Assembly: GCA_028534125.1 (NCBI GenBank)
Contig: CM052818.1
Coordinates: 38,442,001-38,506,000 of the forward strand
Source: Lama glama
Taxonomy: Eukaryota
Direction of reading: 5' to 3'
DNA: 64,000 bases
In this document: piece by piece, positions 1 to 12,539 of the stretch
How the letters are laid out: every line of letters begins with the position of its first letter
How positions within the stretch are numbered: the stretch's first letter is position 1
The notes under the pieces: model-generated
Seen by the model: the letters and a program-made list of their open reading frames with translations, nothing else
Told to the model about the DNA's origin: nothing
Database searches by the model: none
Position numbers and translations under genes: made by a program

Positions 1-3000
1 TTGACAGACTAAACTCTTGTTATCGAGAGCTCTCGTGTATTCATTCCTTGATTTATCTGGTGCGGGGTCATTGTTTAAAAAGAATGTAGGCTGTCTTAAA
101 TTAAGTACATTTGAAGTAAAATAAATAAACTCATTTATAACCTAGCAAAAGTGCTGTAGCCCAGCACTTTACCCATGTACCTGAACACAGCCGAGGCCTC
201 CAGCAGCAAGGCAGAATTGTAAATAAGGATGAAATCACCACAGACTCCTCAGAAAGGTGGTGTTTCTTTTACTGCACGGTAGGTTGATGGGTCAGTTCTG
301 TGCCCCCATATGAAACAAGAGGATCCATACTGGCAATGTTGGTAACATTTTGAAATCCTTTATGAGGAGTACCTAAATAACAGCTCTAGTACAAAAAACC
401 TAAAATACTCAAGAAAAATCACCATTCAAATGGTGACCCTGCATAGCTCTATCTCCCTCAGCAATGCCCCGCTTGCAGAAATGAAGTTTCCATGTCCCCA
501 GTCATAAAGACTCCATAGCATAGGATTCCCTGGTTAAAGTCTGCAGATTAATTATTGTGAAAGCAGCTAGACCTCTCCCCTTTCCCATGGAAAAGTTAAG
601 CCATAGGGAGGGCAACTCTTAACATGCCTTTGTAGCTGCCGAATATTAAGAGATGGATGTGACGGTATTCCCAATGTGATTCAAAAGATCATTTTAATTA
701 TACATGTATGTGTGTCTGTATGTATTATTTCTTATCATACATACTCAAACACTGAAATAGAAACAATAAAGTAAACTAAATCATGACTATTCCATGGGAA
801 AAAAAGAAGTATGCACTGCAGACACATGCACAAATTTCTACAGATTCTGGGCACACATGGTGCACAGCTGTTGACTAAATCTGGCCCTTGAGGGCCAGGA
901 TGAAAGAAAACACAATTAGAGGTGAAATAAGCAGGTGTTTTCCTTTGTTTGTTTGCTTTCATTATTTGAGTGGGAAGAGCAAGATAACTTCCTATATGGC
1001 AAAGCACACAGAAGAATTTCAAACCCTTCATCTAATTGCTTTTGTCTCTTAATGGCAAAGAGACAGCATTCTCTCTGGAAATAAATTCACCTTCATGCCT
1101 ATGGAGTACAAGAATTTTTTTTAAAATGTCTTTGTTGGTCTGAGCTAAAATTAAAATATACTTGTGACACTAAATCCTACTCTGCCCTAACTCCTTAAAT
1201 ATTAAATGGACATTAATGCAGAACTTACTCTAGCTCACCTTTTATTATGGATAATTCTAATTTTCTCATCTCCCCTAACAGAAATAAACTTCTTGAGGTC
1301 AGAAGTGGTATTATTCATTTGCGTCCCAAACACAGACCTTGCATAAATATTTATGGAATGATTTGCATCCAGTAGACACACCAAAATATCTGTAGAATGA
1401 ATCAATTCTGAGTCCCTGAGGGAAATGGTATGAGAACAAGGATCTTTTTTGGAATCATGATATTTGAGACAAGTGTAGTCTATTTATACAGGTAACAAAT
1501 CTCACTTGCTAGTAGTAATTTAATGCAAGGAAACAAGGTAGACACTTCAAGTAAAATCCTCGTTTCCAAAGCAGAGAAGTAACAGAACAAGGATTTTTTT
1601 TCCCTCTCCTTCCAACCTACTCCTATTATGTTGCTGTTTTATCAGTTATACAGTTTTAAAGCAGTAGAAATCCTTAAAAACAAATAAAATGAAGCTATAC
1701 TACTAAGTGTGTCTATACATATAAAAATAAACATATATACTTTACACATATATGTGCAGTGGGATGATTTTAGTTTAAAGGCTATCAGTATGATATTGGC
1801 CATAATGTCTGAGAAAACTTTAGGCAGAAGGAGTTATATGAAAAAAAAAAGTTCTATGCTTGAGTTCTAATGAGGCAGCCACTGTTGGATTAAGTGCATG
1901 CAAGGGCATCAGAAATATTTTTAAACGAATCTTTTAAAATGAATAAAACATGTATGTGTGCGTGAACGGACAGCACTGGAGTAAGCATCATTAGAAGAAT
2001 AAAAGTAATTAGATACCTTTAATATCTCACTCTTTAGTATCTTTTAATAACGACAGAAAACCATCCATGTACCACCACCCCTGCAATTATATTTTCATTA
2101 CTTATGGTCTCTAAAGTCTTAATATGGCCTCAGCTTCAGGGACAGACTGTTTTTAACCAGCATGGTGACAGTAACCAAGTTAGAGAATCTCAAGGGAAAA
2201 AAAAGAGATTTTAGGGACACAATTAGGAACAATAAATCTAATCCCTACTACAACTCCACACACAAGATCTTTCAAGTTTTGTTTTGTTTTGTTCTGTTTT
2301 AAATCCTGGGGCTTGTTTTATTAAGAATGGTGTCACTACATTCAGAAAGCTTTATTAGGTAAAAACCATGAAAAAGTATTTTTATTTTATATGTTTTTAA
2401 GAGAAATTTGTTAAATAAAAAAAGTATTTTTATAGGACTTTATCTATATAGAAAAAAATGAGTTTTATAAACCATGTTCTAACATAGAATACATTCGTGT
2501 TCACAAATACACAAAAATCTTTAAACCTAAAAAAATTCTTAAAACTTAGTGTATCTATATTTTATCCAAAATCCACTTCTAATCATATCCGTTTCTCCCC
2601 ATGTCTTTCAAGTTGACTGCTATGCTATACCTCTGATCCTAAAAATCCTGTCACAATATCAAAGAGATCACAGAGATCAAAATAAAAGAACACCCAACAT
2701 TTGTGCTACCAGCACCTTAACTTCAGATTGTGATTTTCAAAAGCCTTGTATTGTCCCTGAGTATAGGAAAAGCATTCTTAGTCACTCAGACAGAATAGAT
2801 GGAATTCACCTAAGGGCCAACCATGCATATTCAATTCTAAAGAGCATCTCTCTTCTAATACAACTTTGAGTAAGAAAAGGGGGGGAAGACATCTAAATGC
2901 TCTTACATTTGAGTCACAGTCATGGTTCTCCAAGAAAGGCTGACTTACTAATTTTCAAATTAAAAGATAACTGCCATAAAGTTTTGTTTCGGGTAAAGTT

Positions 3001-3049
3001 CAGAGTTATTAAGTAGCTTCAACAGATTGGTGGCTTGGATAAATTCAGG

Positions 3050-3350
3050 TGATGGAGATCTCCCTTTGTTGCATTTAATCTGTGGTGTCTTCCCTCATTG
3101 GGTAATTGTAGGTTTGCTATTAGAGTTGCAAAGCTCTTGATCATCCTCGGTATGATAACTGTAGCACGCTGTCCTGAGGACAATTGTGGAAACACTCAAG
3201 GCAGAAGGCAGCAGCACATGATGAACGAACATCGAGTGCCGATAGCGCTGTGACATGGGGCATTTACTTCAGCAAATCTTTAGAGCTTTAAGTGATTTCA
3301 ACTGAGACTTTAATCTCTTGCTGCAATTAGTGCTCTCCACAGACTTGACA
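3050..3350 (-). pseudogene. Decayed hAT transposase, C-terminal dimerisation-domain piece
   Basis: Largely one frame: CSKRLKSQLKSLKALKIC*SKCPMSQRYRHSMF..SVSTIVLRTACYSYHTEDDQELCNSNSKPTITQ*GKTPQIKC. Compare KYP.L...A..MF..S...E..FS.M...KSKYRS.LTD..L...SNIKP.I..L.K..Q. Confidence 0.6.
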
Positions 3351-4799
3351 TATTATATAACCATTAGGTCTCTGGCCTTAACAAATCTCACTGCCTTTTT
3401 TTACTAATTTGATAAAAGGCCTCCTTGTTTCCAGAGTTGGTGATTTCCACTGCTAATATATATTCTGGCAACATTAAAACACGTATAAAATGCACACTTA
3501 AAGCATACAACATGCATGATTTAGTCCTTTGTTCTCAGAATTCTTCATTCTCAGAAGTTCTTGAATATACTCAGTATTAAGGGAACTGTACACAAACAAG
3601 GGTGGAAAGTCAAAAAGTGATTTTCTCCTATTTTAAGTTCTCATTTTCATACTAGCTAAAAACAACATAATTATTTCTTGAAAAACTATTTACTCATTTC
3701 CACATAAGTCCTTTCGGACATTTCCAAGTTGGTTCCTATCTTTCTATGGTTATTGTCTCTTCCCCAAATAATTTCTTATAAGACTAAGGAATTTAAACTC
3801 AATAGAAGAAAACAAAGGAAATATCAAACCAACTGCCTATTTGCTTTTTCACAGCTGACATTCCAAAGAATGAAAAAAATATGCAGTCATAATATATAAA
3901 TAACATAATTAACTAGATTTTCTTAGCAGCTAAAGGGACCTAAAGAGGCATATGGTTAAAGTATCTGTTAGGATAGAGTCTAGACTTACAAGTGAATTGC
4001 TATAAGTACAGATAAACAAGTCAGCATTGAATTCTACATATTTTTTTCTACTTCATGCCTTTATTAATGCTGTTCTTACTACCTTGAATGTTTATCCTTC
4101 CTTACTCTGAAAAATTCTACTAAGCCTTCAAGGCCATTTCAAAAGCTACTCATCGATGAAACTATACACACAAATACCAAGGCCAAGTAAAGTACACATT
4201 CCTTTGTGTTCCAAAAGCAATCTTTATACATTTCATTACAATTTACAGTCCAAATTTCCACCTACAGATCTTGCCATCACCATCACCAGAATTATAAAAC
4301 ACAGTGTTACACAAAGTAGATGCACATTTATAGCAAACTTAATTGTCATCAGCCTGTAAGATCTCTTACACAAAGATAGAGGTCAAATGGCTGAGCAAAA
4401 CCTAATACATCCTTTTAATGGAGTATCATGCAGCCACTAAAATTGTGCTGAAGAAAAGTTAGGGAAATATTCTGATATAACATTAGGTAAAAAATAAAGT
4501 AGAAAATTACACAGAATTTTTATTTCAGCTATGTGTAAAATATATACTTGGAAAAATTCTGGAAGAAAATATACTAAGATATTAACCATAGCCTTCAAGA
4601 CCCTAAAATGATCAAACATATTTAACTCTTTCTCTTTGAAACTGAAGTGACTAAACATAAACAGAGAGTCCACCATTTCAGTCCTGAAGGAGGGAGGGGA
4701 ATACATCCATATATCAGAAATTACTGTAAAACATGCCACAAGAAAGAGCAGAATAAGGCAAATAAAATAATAATAATAAAAGGCCAATTCTAAGTTATT

Positions 4800-5433
4800 A
4801 TAAGTGAAGAAAATTCCCAACTTGGAAGTAAGTGGATGGAGCTGATAGCCCATGCAAAACCTCCACTAACATAACCTAGGGTTCAGCAACTATGGGTGAG
4901 AGTGGACTGTAAAGTAAGGAGCAGGGAGCAAATTCTGCCAACAGCTCCAGGGAAAAGCACGTATTTGCAGGTACTCAGAAGAGTGGCCCCTGATACAGCC
5001 AGCCTACCCTTAGAAGAGCCAAGAGTGAAACAAGAGAAACTCCTAGGAAACAAAATTTAAAAAGGCACCCATTCTCAGGGTCCTGGAAGTCCACCAGGCT
5101 GCTCACTTGCTTCACACTAATCTACAAGTGCATAACCAGCTGAGCTACACTAAAAAGTAAACACTTTTGAGAAGATGCCCATCAGCACAATGGGCAAGAC
5201 TGCTTCCAAGAGGCCACTGTCTACTCTTCCCTACACCTTTAAAAGCAGTTATACCTGTAATCTAGGTAAATAAAATTAAAGTAATTCTAAATCTTTTCTC
5301 ACTTATAAGAAATTATATAACTTCCAGTATTAGAAAAATATATACTGCCTCCACCCCAAATGCAACCATCTGTAACAGGATGAAAAAATAGTAATTAAAA
5401 AAAAAGGAGTCATATGAGATAATTGTGCAGTTT
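4800..5433 (-). pseudogene. Decayed hAT transposase, RW-motif piece
   Basis: RWLHLG (RW at 5371-5366)..FF..NFL..LFT*ITG..LKV*GR. Compare hAT EVRWLSRG..FF.L..EI..FL..FLTDITGHLN.LNLKLQGK. Confidence 0.6.
5015..5128. mobile_element. Possible small hAT-Tip100-like MITE
   Basis: Imperfect inverted ends (gagtgaaacaagaga / tcacttgcttcacac) and internal caaaatttaa..ggcacccattctcaggg, resembling recalled MER96/MER91-type elements. Confidence 0.3.
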
Positions 5434-6400
5434 TGAGACAGGAGAGAAGGAGGCAGGACATAGCCTTTAAAGGAATGACACAGAAATTAGCACCAAGATG
5501 GGAGAAGTCCCGTATGTCCGAATATTCCTGACCCTATACCAAGACCCAGGTCTAAGGAACTCCTGCCAGGCATGCTGGACTCATGCCCCTTCAAACCACC
5601 TTTCCGCAAAGGAGCTAGATGTTTTAGATAACCGCCTTATGGGCCACAATTGGGAACTCCTCCACCCCCTAACTCTCAGTGGGGACAGTTTACTCAGTTA
5701 CCTACCCCTAATGCCCTGCTGGGTAGCTGGAGACCCCAGACCCCCATGAATCAGCTCATGGATCTGGCATTTAGAATATTTAACATAGAAACCAGATTGA
5801 AGAGGCAAGGATTCAGGGACAACAGTGAAAGGCACAATTCTGAGCGGCAGCCCTAATCCCTGCACCATCTCAGGGTTACCCTCTCTCACGAAGACCCATG
5901 TTAAGGACAGGATCCAGGATGCCTGGATCAGAGCCACTGTCTCACCAAGAAAAGACCAGTTTTAGGTGTGGCCAGAAGGGTCTCTGGAAGGATGAATATG
6001 GGGAAAATCCACTGGGACCCTGCTCAATAGACAATCAAGGTCACTGGAAGCTGACCGCTTCCAGTCCCAAAAGGGAGACTAAGGCTCCCAAATCAATGAT
6101 GGCCGAGAGGACCAGAGACTGATGGGGCCCTGGCTGGCTGACCCTCCCTGGCTCCCAAAGGACACCTGGTCGTTTATCTGGAGGAGCCTCGGGTAACCCT
6201 TGATGTGGCAGGTAGGAAAGTTGTTTTCTTATTAGATCCAGGGGCCACCTACTCTGTGCTGACTGATTTCCCTGGACCCTTGTCCTCCCAATCCTTGTAT
6301 TAACAGGGATTGATCCAAGGCCCCAAACCAAGTGCCTGCTCGAAAATTTTACCTTTGCGTATCAGTTTCTGCTCACGCCTGAGTGCCCCAACCCCTTGTT
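5434..6400 (+). mobile_element. ERV1 (gamma-like, HERV-H/F-type) remnant: LTR-like start fused to deleted gag-pro
   Basis: LTR-like TGAGACAGG start. Gag matrix-end GEVPYVRIFLTLYQDPGLRNSCQAC, capsid PQTPMNQLMDLAFRIFN, two degenerate Zn knuckles (FRCGQKGLWKDE; GPCSIDNQGHWK), gag TGA at 6120-6122. Protease EPRVTLDVAGRKV..LLDPGATYSVL (D at 6235) and QFLLTPECPNPLL. Confidence 0.85.
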
Positions 6401-6730
6401 GTTTTCGCTAGCTGATAGAAACTGCAACAGGATTTTCACTTTCATGAAAAAAAGGCAAAAAGTGAGAACTTCAGAGTCTGTTTTGCAGAGAGCCTTTACA
6501 GATGCAGTGCACACCTTGAGCAACAAGAGTATCAACACCAAGCTCCTTCCACAGGAACTACACTCAGCATCAAACAGCCATAGGTTTGAACTGTGCCTGT
6601 AGCATCTGTGCTTTACCTCGATTTATTTTGTGAATCCATTAGCAAGATGTGTCCAAAGGTAACTGCTTCTTCATTTGATGCCATTTTGGCTTGCAAGTTT
6701 TCATCGCAATGCTCTACTTTTGTTGGCTAG
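6400..6730 (-). pseudogene. Decayed hAT transposase, catalytic-core piece (TDG and CxxH region)
   Basis: Mixed frames give STDATGTVQ..FLWKELGVDTLVAQGVHCI..KALCKTDSEV..FFMKVKILLQFLSA. Compare the hAT pattern TTDGAPAM..LRKELG..HCIIHQEALCAK..VVKIVNFIRA. Confidence 0.6.
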
Positions 6731-6739
6731 CAGGGGACG

Positions 6740-7030
6740 CCTGCCCCTACTATTTGCCAGGCATTATTCTAGGTACAGCAATGTACAAAACAGACAACTA
6801 TCCTCACCTTACAGGGCTGATATTCTATAGAGCTGTCTATAAGAGACAGACAACCAACAGCAAACATAATAAAATTATATTTTAAGGAGATGAGCATTAT
6901 GGAAAAAACTAAAAATAGTAGTTTAAGGATGATCAAGAATGCATGTGGGGGGCTGCAATTTTTAAATAAAATACTCATGGTAAGCCTCATCGAGTAGATG
7001 ACATTTTAACAAAGATGGGCAAAAGAAGTG
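6740..7030 (-). mobile_element. L2 fragment
   Basis: cctactatttgccaggcattattctaggtacag..aaaacagacaa is the typical L2 3' end in reverse orientation. Confidence 0.6.
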
Positions 7031-7039
7031 AACAGTAAA

Positions 7040-8140
7040 TCTCACATCCTTAAAAGAATCAGAAATGCTCAATAAACAAAAGAAAAATGTTCCACTGCAA
7101 CAAAAGATCATTTATCATATAATGAACTCACAAAAAATGTTAAAAAAAATACCAAATGTTGGCCATGGTACAGGTTAAAGGACTAATGGGAATATAAATT
7201 GGTACAACCACAAACGAGTACAGAAATTAAAGGATAAAACATATAGAGAAAAAGTTCCCGACATTATATCATAATCGAAGCTAAGCTTCAGATGGATCAA
7301 AGATCTAAATGTGAAGGGCAAAAGTAAAAATATAAAACATAAAAAATTATAACAGAAGAAAATGATAATATCTACATGAACTAATGATAGAGTTCTTAAG
7401 ATTCAAACAGCACAAATCACACATTTAAGAAAAATTATAAGATTAGACAAAGATAACCTATTCAACAAAGACCACCACAGACAACATTAACTGAGTGGGA
7501 GAAGGTAGTTTTAACATCTAAAAGCAATAATGAATATATATCTAGGAATATTTACACATCAAGAAGGAAAGAAGAGGAAAACTTATTGAAGGACAAAGAA
7601 TAAATAATTCCTTGAAAACAAAGCCAAAATAGCTAACAAATAAATGAAGAGATGCTTAAACTCACTAGTAATGAGAGAAATGCAAATTCCAACAATGAAA
7701 TATTAATTTCTGCAATTTATAAAAATTTCAAAGGAAACTAATACCAATCGTTGGCAAAGTTGTTAGAATAGAGGCCTCATGCACAGCTGATAGGTGTTAC
7801 CCCAAGCCAGTCTGGCAGTATCGATTTGCCCTATGACCTAAAAATTACATGTCTGACTATGTACCACAGATGAATTCTTGCTCACAGAGTTCCATGAAGG
7901 GACATATACATGACTGTTCACTGCAGGGCACTTCAGAGAGCAGAAAAATGGAGGCTGAGTGTCTACAAGCAGGAAAATAGAGAAGTAAAATGCAGTAGAT
8001 GTAGAATTAGATGTTCTACAATAAACTATGACAAACTAGATGTATATATAGCAACATGGATCGATCCCAAAGGTATTGTCATGAATTAAAAAAAAAAAGA
8101 GAAATGTCTACAGTATACTATTACTTATGTAAATTAAATA
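7040..8140 (+). mobile_element. Old L1 (L1M-type) ORF2 end / 3' fragments
   Basis: aaatgaagagatgcttaaactcactagtaatgagagaaatgcaaatt and gcaacatggatcgatc L1 motifs. Confidence 0.7.
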
Positions 8141-8149
8141 ATGTTGAGG

Positions 8150-10620
8150 TCCCTGTTAGCATCTTTGAGAAGTATCATAGTGTCTGTTTTTTGTAGGGAT
8201 GGTGATGATGCCCACAAGTGACTCAGGTACCGTGATTCCTATGGAATGATCAGATCTCAGGATAGTGTAAGCCTAGGAGCTACATTTAACCACTCAAAGA
8301 GGACATAGTTACTGTCAGAGTGATAGCCAGGATGTTCTGAGTAGTAGTGACCTTTGATATTAGATACTTGATGAGAGGACTGAGATGAATGGGCAGCCTT
8401 TGAAGATTCTACATGATTTGTTTAACTCAAAAACCTCTGAGTCTGGTGAACATACGTGACATGACCCATCAAAACAGACTAAGAGTCCTTCAAAAATATT
8501 TAATTCTGAGTTAATTCACAGACCCTGAGCCCCTCAAATGAAGGGATGGTTGGCTACCTAAAGTACATTTCACAAAACCTCCTAATTTTCCCTAAGGGGA
8601 TAGGCATGAGACATTAGGAGTAGGGAAATACTTAGATCTTTGGAGGACTGTTGCACGCTAGCTTTGAGTTAATGTTAAACCATATGAATCCAGAAAGCCA
8701 TTGTGGCCAACTAGTCAAACACAAAAGGAGCTCAGCCTTAAAGCAGTCTTTCAGACAACTCAGTGTGACAATGGACTCATCCTTTGGTCATTTCCCCAGA
8801 TACTCAGTATATAGTTGGAACAGATATACCAGAAAATAGAAGAATCTTCACATTAACTTTTGAGAAGTAAAGTCTTTTATGGTAGGAAGGACCAAGTGGA
8901 AGCCTCTGGAGTGTCATCTCTCTACGTAAATAATACATTTATAGGAACACCAAATATCTCTGGAGAATTATAGAAATTAGTGCTACCGCCAAATTCTTGA
9001 AAGCTGCTGAGGTAAGGATTAACAACACATCCCCATTTAAGTCCAAGATATGTCTTAAAGGACAGCCTAATCAAGTGATTATACCAATTGAAGCTGCTGG
9101 TCCAGATGCAGCCACTTCACTAAACTAAATCAATCCAACTCCTTGCACCTGGTATGCAGCTACTGCTCTGGTGAATTCTTTCTCTACCACCCCATAAACA
9201 AAGAATACTCAGCACAGCCTGTGCTCACTTAGCAGTGACATCACCAACTTCCACGATTTTGCCTCAAAGTAGGCCAACTCTCAGGCTCTATAAAACAAAT
9301 TAATCTATATGAATGTTAATTGTTTCCTGATTCCACAGAGCATGATGCCAGTGCATTATAGCAACAGAATCACACAGATGAACAGAGAGTAGGAAGCATC
9401 AGGTAAACTAGATTCCTTGATAAGACACTTGTGTGACAAACAATCTGAGATAAATTCCATGAAAATACAGAGGCCTGAAATCTCTGGGAAGATTCTGAAC
9501 TCTAGTGATCTGAGGCATGTTAGGACATTACTTACAAATGGCAAATTTCCATACCTTTTGGGTCCACTGCCAAGAAATAAATCTGCCTTGCTTAGAGGGC
9601 TTCTTGGGAATCTGGAGACAACATACATTGTATGCCACATCGCCACCTGCTTCTTAACCCCTATCCGTGGCCTCATGGAGAGTCCCCAGTGGCCAGCTGA
9701 CTAAGGAAGATCAGATTGCTGCAGCATTATTACTCAACTCAAGTAGCCCTGCAGAGTACAACAGAGATGTAAAATCCCACCACATGAGAAATTTTAAATG
9801 CCCACATGCATGATCAGAGTCTGTGAAATAAGATGACTAGAGGGTTAGACATGAAGAGTACTGAAAATGAGGCACTTAAGACAGACCTCTCAGAATGAGC
9901 AAAAAATGGTGAAAATATTTATGTCCCAAGTGGTGTCCCAAGGGTGCCACCTCTTCATAATTTAGAAAAGGTAATGCAACCTGTAAATGTCAATTTCCAA
10001 ACCCACATAGCCTAGTGCTTGCTTAACAAACTAATGAACAAAATGGTCACGATGGCAAAAACATAAATTTGTAGTATTTCAACTTCACCTCATGTAGGAT
10101 GATCGCATTGCTGAGAAATTTGCAAGCAACAGAGACTGACACCAAATTTCCAAGAAGGCACCACATCTCAGAGGACCAATCAGCCAAGTGGTGGGAGGTT
10201 TTTTACACCGAAATCCCTCCTAATGGAAGACCAGTAATTTGTCCTTACCAAAAAGACACGTCCTCTGGATTTGGATTTATTTTCACTGTTTACCATTCTT
10301 CTGCCATCAACTCTATCATCTGTGGATTTACCAGAAGTGTCATTTATTGTCACAGTATCCCACACACCTGGTTTCTAACAAAGGATTCATTTTAAAGTGA
10401 CAGAAGTAAGAACAGTTGCTATTGTTCATGGGATTCATTGGTCTTAACAGATACCCCACCACATAAATGCAACTGTTCATAAAAACGGTGAATTCACTTA
10501 CTGAAGACCAACTACTCATTCCATCCAAAAGACAACTGGTGAGGTTGTGATGCAGTCCTAGTGGATGCAAAATATGCTCTGAAAGGATTCCGATACAACT
10601 AGGAGTAGCAGTAGGAGACA
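8150..10620 (+). mobile_element. ERVL-class internal region (decayed gag-pro-pol)
   Basis: Recognisable remnants of ERVL motifs: GKAKWKPLE-like (8881-8910), TSPF, PIEAAGPD (cf. PIAAAVPD), TWYAA..LVNSF, and integrase DQSAKWWEV and DTSSGFGFIF..CHSIPH. Confidence 0.8.
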
Positions 10621-10892
10621 ATCATTCAGTTGAAGCTGTGGCCTCTGGTAGAGAGAGAGAGCCTATTTGTGACAAGATAGTAGTGAGGGAAGAGGGTAAA
10701 TAAATACTCCAATCTCACTCTTTCCACATTCTAACCTCCTACCAGTTCACCCCACTGACCAAAACCAAACAAAAGCCTGAGGGCAAGAAAGCCTATTGAT
10801 GCAGTCTATAAAGGTCATCCTCTGGGAAACAGAGCAGGTTGAAGAATAGTGGAGAATAAATTTAAAGGCAAAACCAGAAAATATCTAGCACA
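10620..10892. mobile_element. LTR33/LTR41-like ERVL LTR fragment
   Basis: agcctgagggcaag..gcctattgatgcagtc..acagagcagg..gtggagaataaattt..gaaaatatctagcaca resembles the recalled LTR33/41 terminus. Confidence 0.65.
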
Positions 10893-10894
10893 AT

Positions 10895-11228
10895 CTAACA
10901 GTTATATCCTCTCTCATTACTCACTCAGTTCACTTCCAGGTTTAGATGGCAGTGGTTATTAGGGTTAAGGTGTCAAGATCTACAATATTATTTGATAATG
11001 CCACAAAGATATAATATTGCCAGGTAAGAGCTATAAAATGATTTTGAAAAGTAAATAGGAGCACTTATGGCTGGGGAGTACCCTGGATCTTTCACTCCTA
11101 TTCACTCTCTGCCTCTAAGAATGTCCTCACAGTTAACAACCCCTACATAGCATACAGGCCATGCAGTACTTTTCTTCTCCTAGCGTTGTCATAAAAAGAC
11201 CTTCTCATTTTTTTCTGGGGGTGCTCAT
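10895..11228 (-). pseudogene. Decayed hAT/Charlie-type transposase, N-terminal piece
   Basis: Manual minus-strand translation across frameshifts: MSTPRKK-(M)RRSFYDNA-EEKYC-MACMLC. This resembles the K/R-rich start, WEEKY and CxxC zinc-finger opening of Charlie/SPIN-type transposases. ATG at 11228-11226. Confidence 0.5.
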
Positions 11229-11839
11229 TTTGAGGCAAAGTAAATGAAACCCAGTGAGGAAAAGTAGAAAAATTATTTTACATTTCCCTTCTGCAGTCTT
11301 TTTAATATTCAGTTATGAGGAATCATATTTGTTAAGAACTTCATAGAAAATATATTTATTGCTTTAGGTATCTCATATGTGGCACATGCAGTCTCCAAAT
11401 TGCAAGGCATCATGGAAAAATTATACCAAAAATAAAAGTCTAACATGATAAAATTAGCCAACTTCTTCATTCATTTAGGAAAGAACAAACAGAATCCCAT
11501 TTGCCTGGCCAGTTAGAAAATCCCTCAGAACATCCTGCCACTGACAAATCTCTGGAACCCTCCTACCTTGTAACCTTCATTGCTGCTCTACCTGGCTCTA
11601 TCAAAAAAGCACATTTTAATTACATCTATTTCAGTTTTATCATGAGTTATTTTCTCTTTTATACTCTTCCCTGACTGCCCTTTTTCCCACTAATATAAAT
11701 CCCTTGATTTCTAAATCTAATCAGCTCAGCATTACCACACATCCTAACTTTTGTCAACAGTCCGTGCTCCTCCAGCCTTACTTTGCAGAATTAGCCAAGT
11801 ACCCTGATCTTTGTATGGATTTTTGAATGAATCATATTC

Positions 11840-12060
11840 TTTTTTTTTTCTTTTTAAAAATTGAAGTATAGTCAATTTAATGCTGTGTTAATGTCTGGTG
11901 TACAGCACAGTGATTCAGTTATACATATACATATATATATATACCTTTTAATATTATTTTTCATTATAGGCCATTACAAGGTATTGAATATAGTTCCCTG
12001 TGCTACACAGTCGGACCTTATTGTTTATCTATTTTATATATAGTAGTTGGTATCTAATGC
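11840..12060 (-). mobile_element. Cetartiodactyl L1 3' end
   Basis: Poly-T, then ttgaagtatagtc..gtgtacagcacagtgattcagttatac..ttgaatatagttccctgtgcta. Confidence 0.85.
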
Positions 12061-12242
12061 TTCCTTTTTACTACAACTTGCTAACCACACCAAACCTTCT
12101 TGAATATATGTTATCTCTAAAGAGTAAAAATTGTTATAAATATACAAAATAGGAAGGAAAAATTAAAACATTTGTTTAAACATTTTTTATTTTTATGATT
12201 ACTTCTTGGATAGTCAGCCTATCATATAAAGTCAGTACTGGG

Positions 12243-12259
12243 TCTCCATCTAGTGGCCA
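12243..12259 (-). promoter_or_regulatory. Candidate CTCF site
   Basis: Reverse complement TGGCCACTAGATGGAGA is close to the CTCF core CCACTAG[AG]TGGC. Confidence 0.5.
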
Positions 12260-12539
12260 AAATTTCCACTTGTAAATTCTAAAGGATCTCATTTTTCAGT
12301 CCATTTCACTGAGACTGAATCATAAAAGATAAAAGGCATGATAGATTATCCTAAAAAGAATACATAAACTCATTTAATTAATAATTCATAAAGTCATAAA
12401 TTTGATAATGCATAAATTAAAGGCATACTTATGAAATAAAGTCCAGCATTGTTAAGAATAGGGGCAAATCTCATGCAAGAACAACAAATCTGTTTTGAAC
12501 TGAGCCCAGAGAGAAATTGTCACAGTCAGAAACTGCATT

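Noticed and set aside
172..372. Possible minus-strand coding exon (tttag|...|gtaaag)
   Set aside because: All three frames contain stops and I recognise no protein.
3170..3270. B-box-like peptide SSCAAAFCLECFHNCP on the minus strand, with apparent splice sites at 3321 and 2948
   Set aside because: The frame is closed by stops. A different frame gives a longer match to the hAT dimerisation domain that is collinear with the other transposase pieces.
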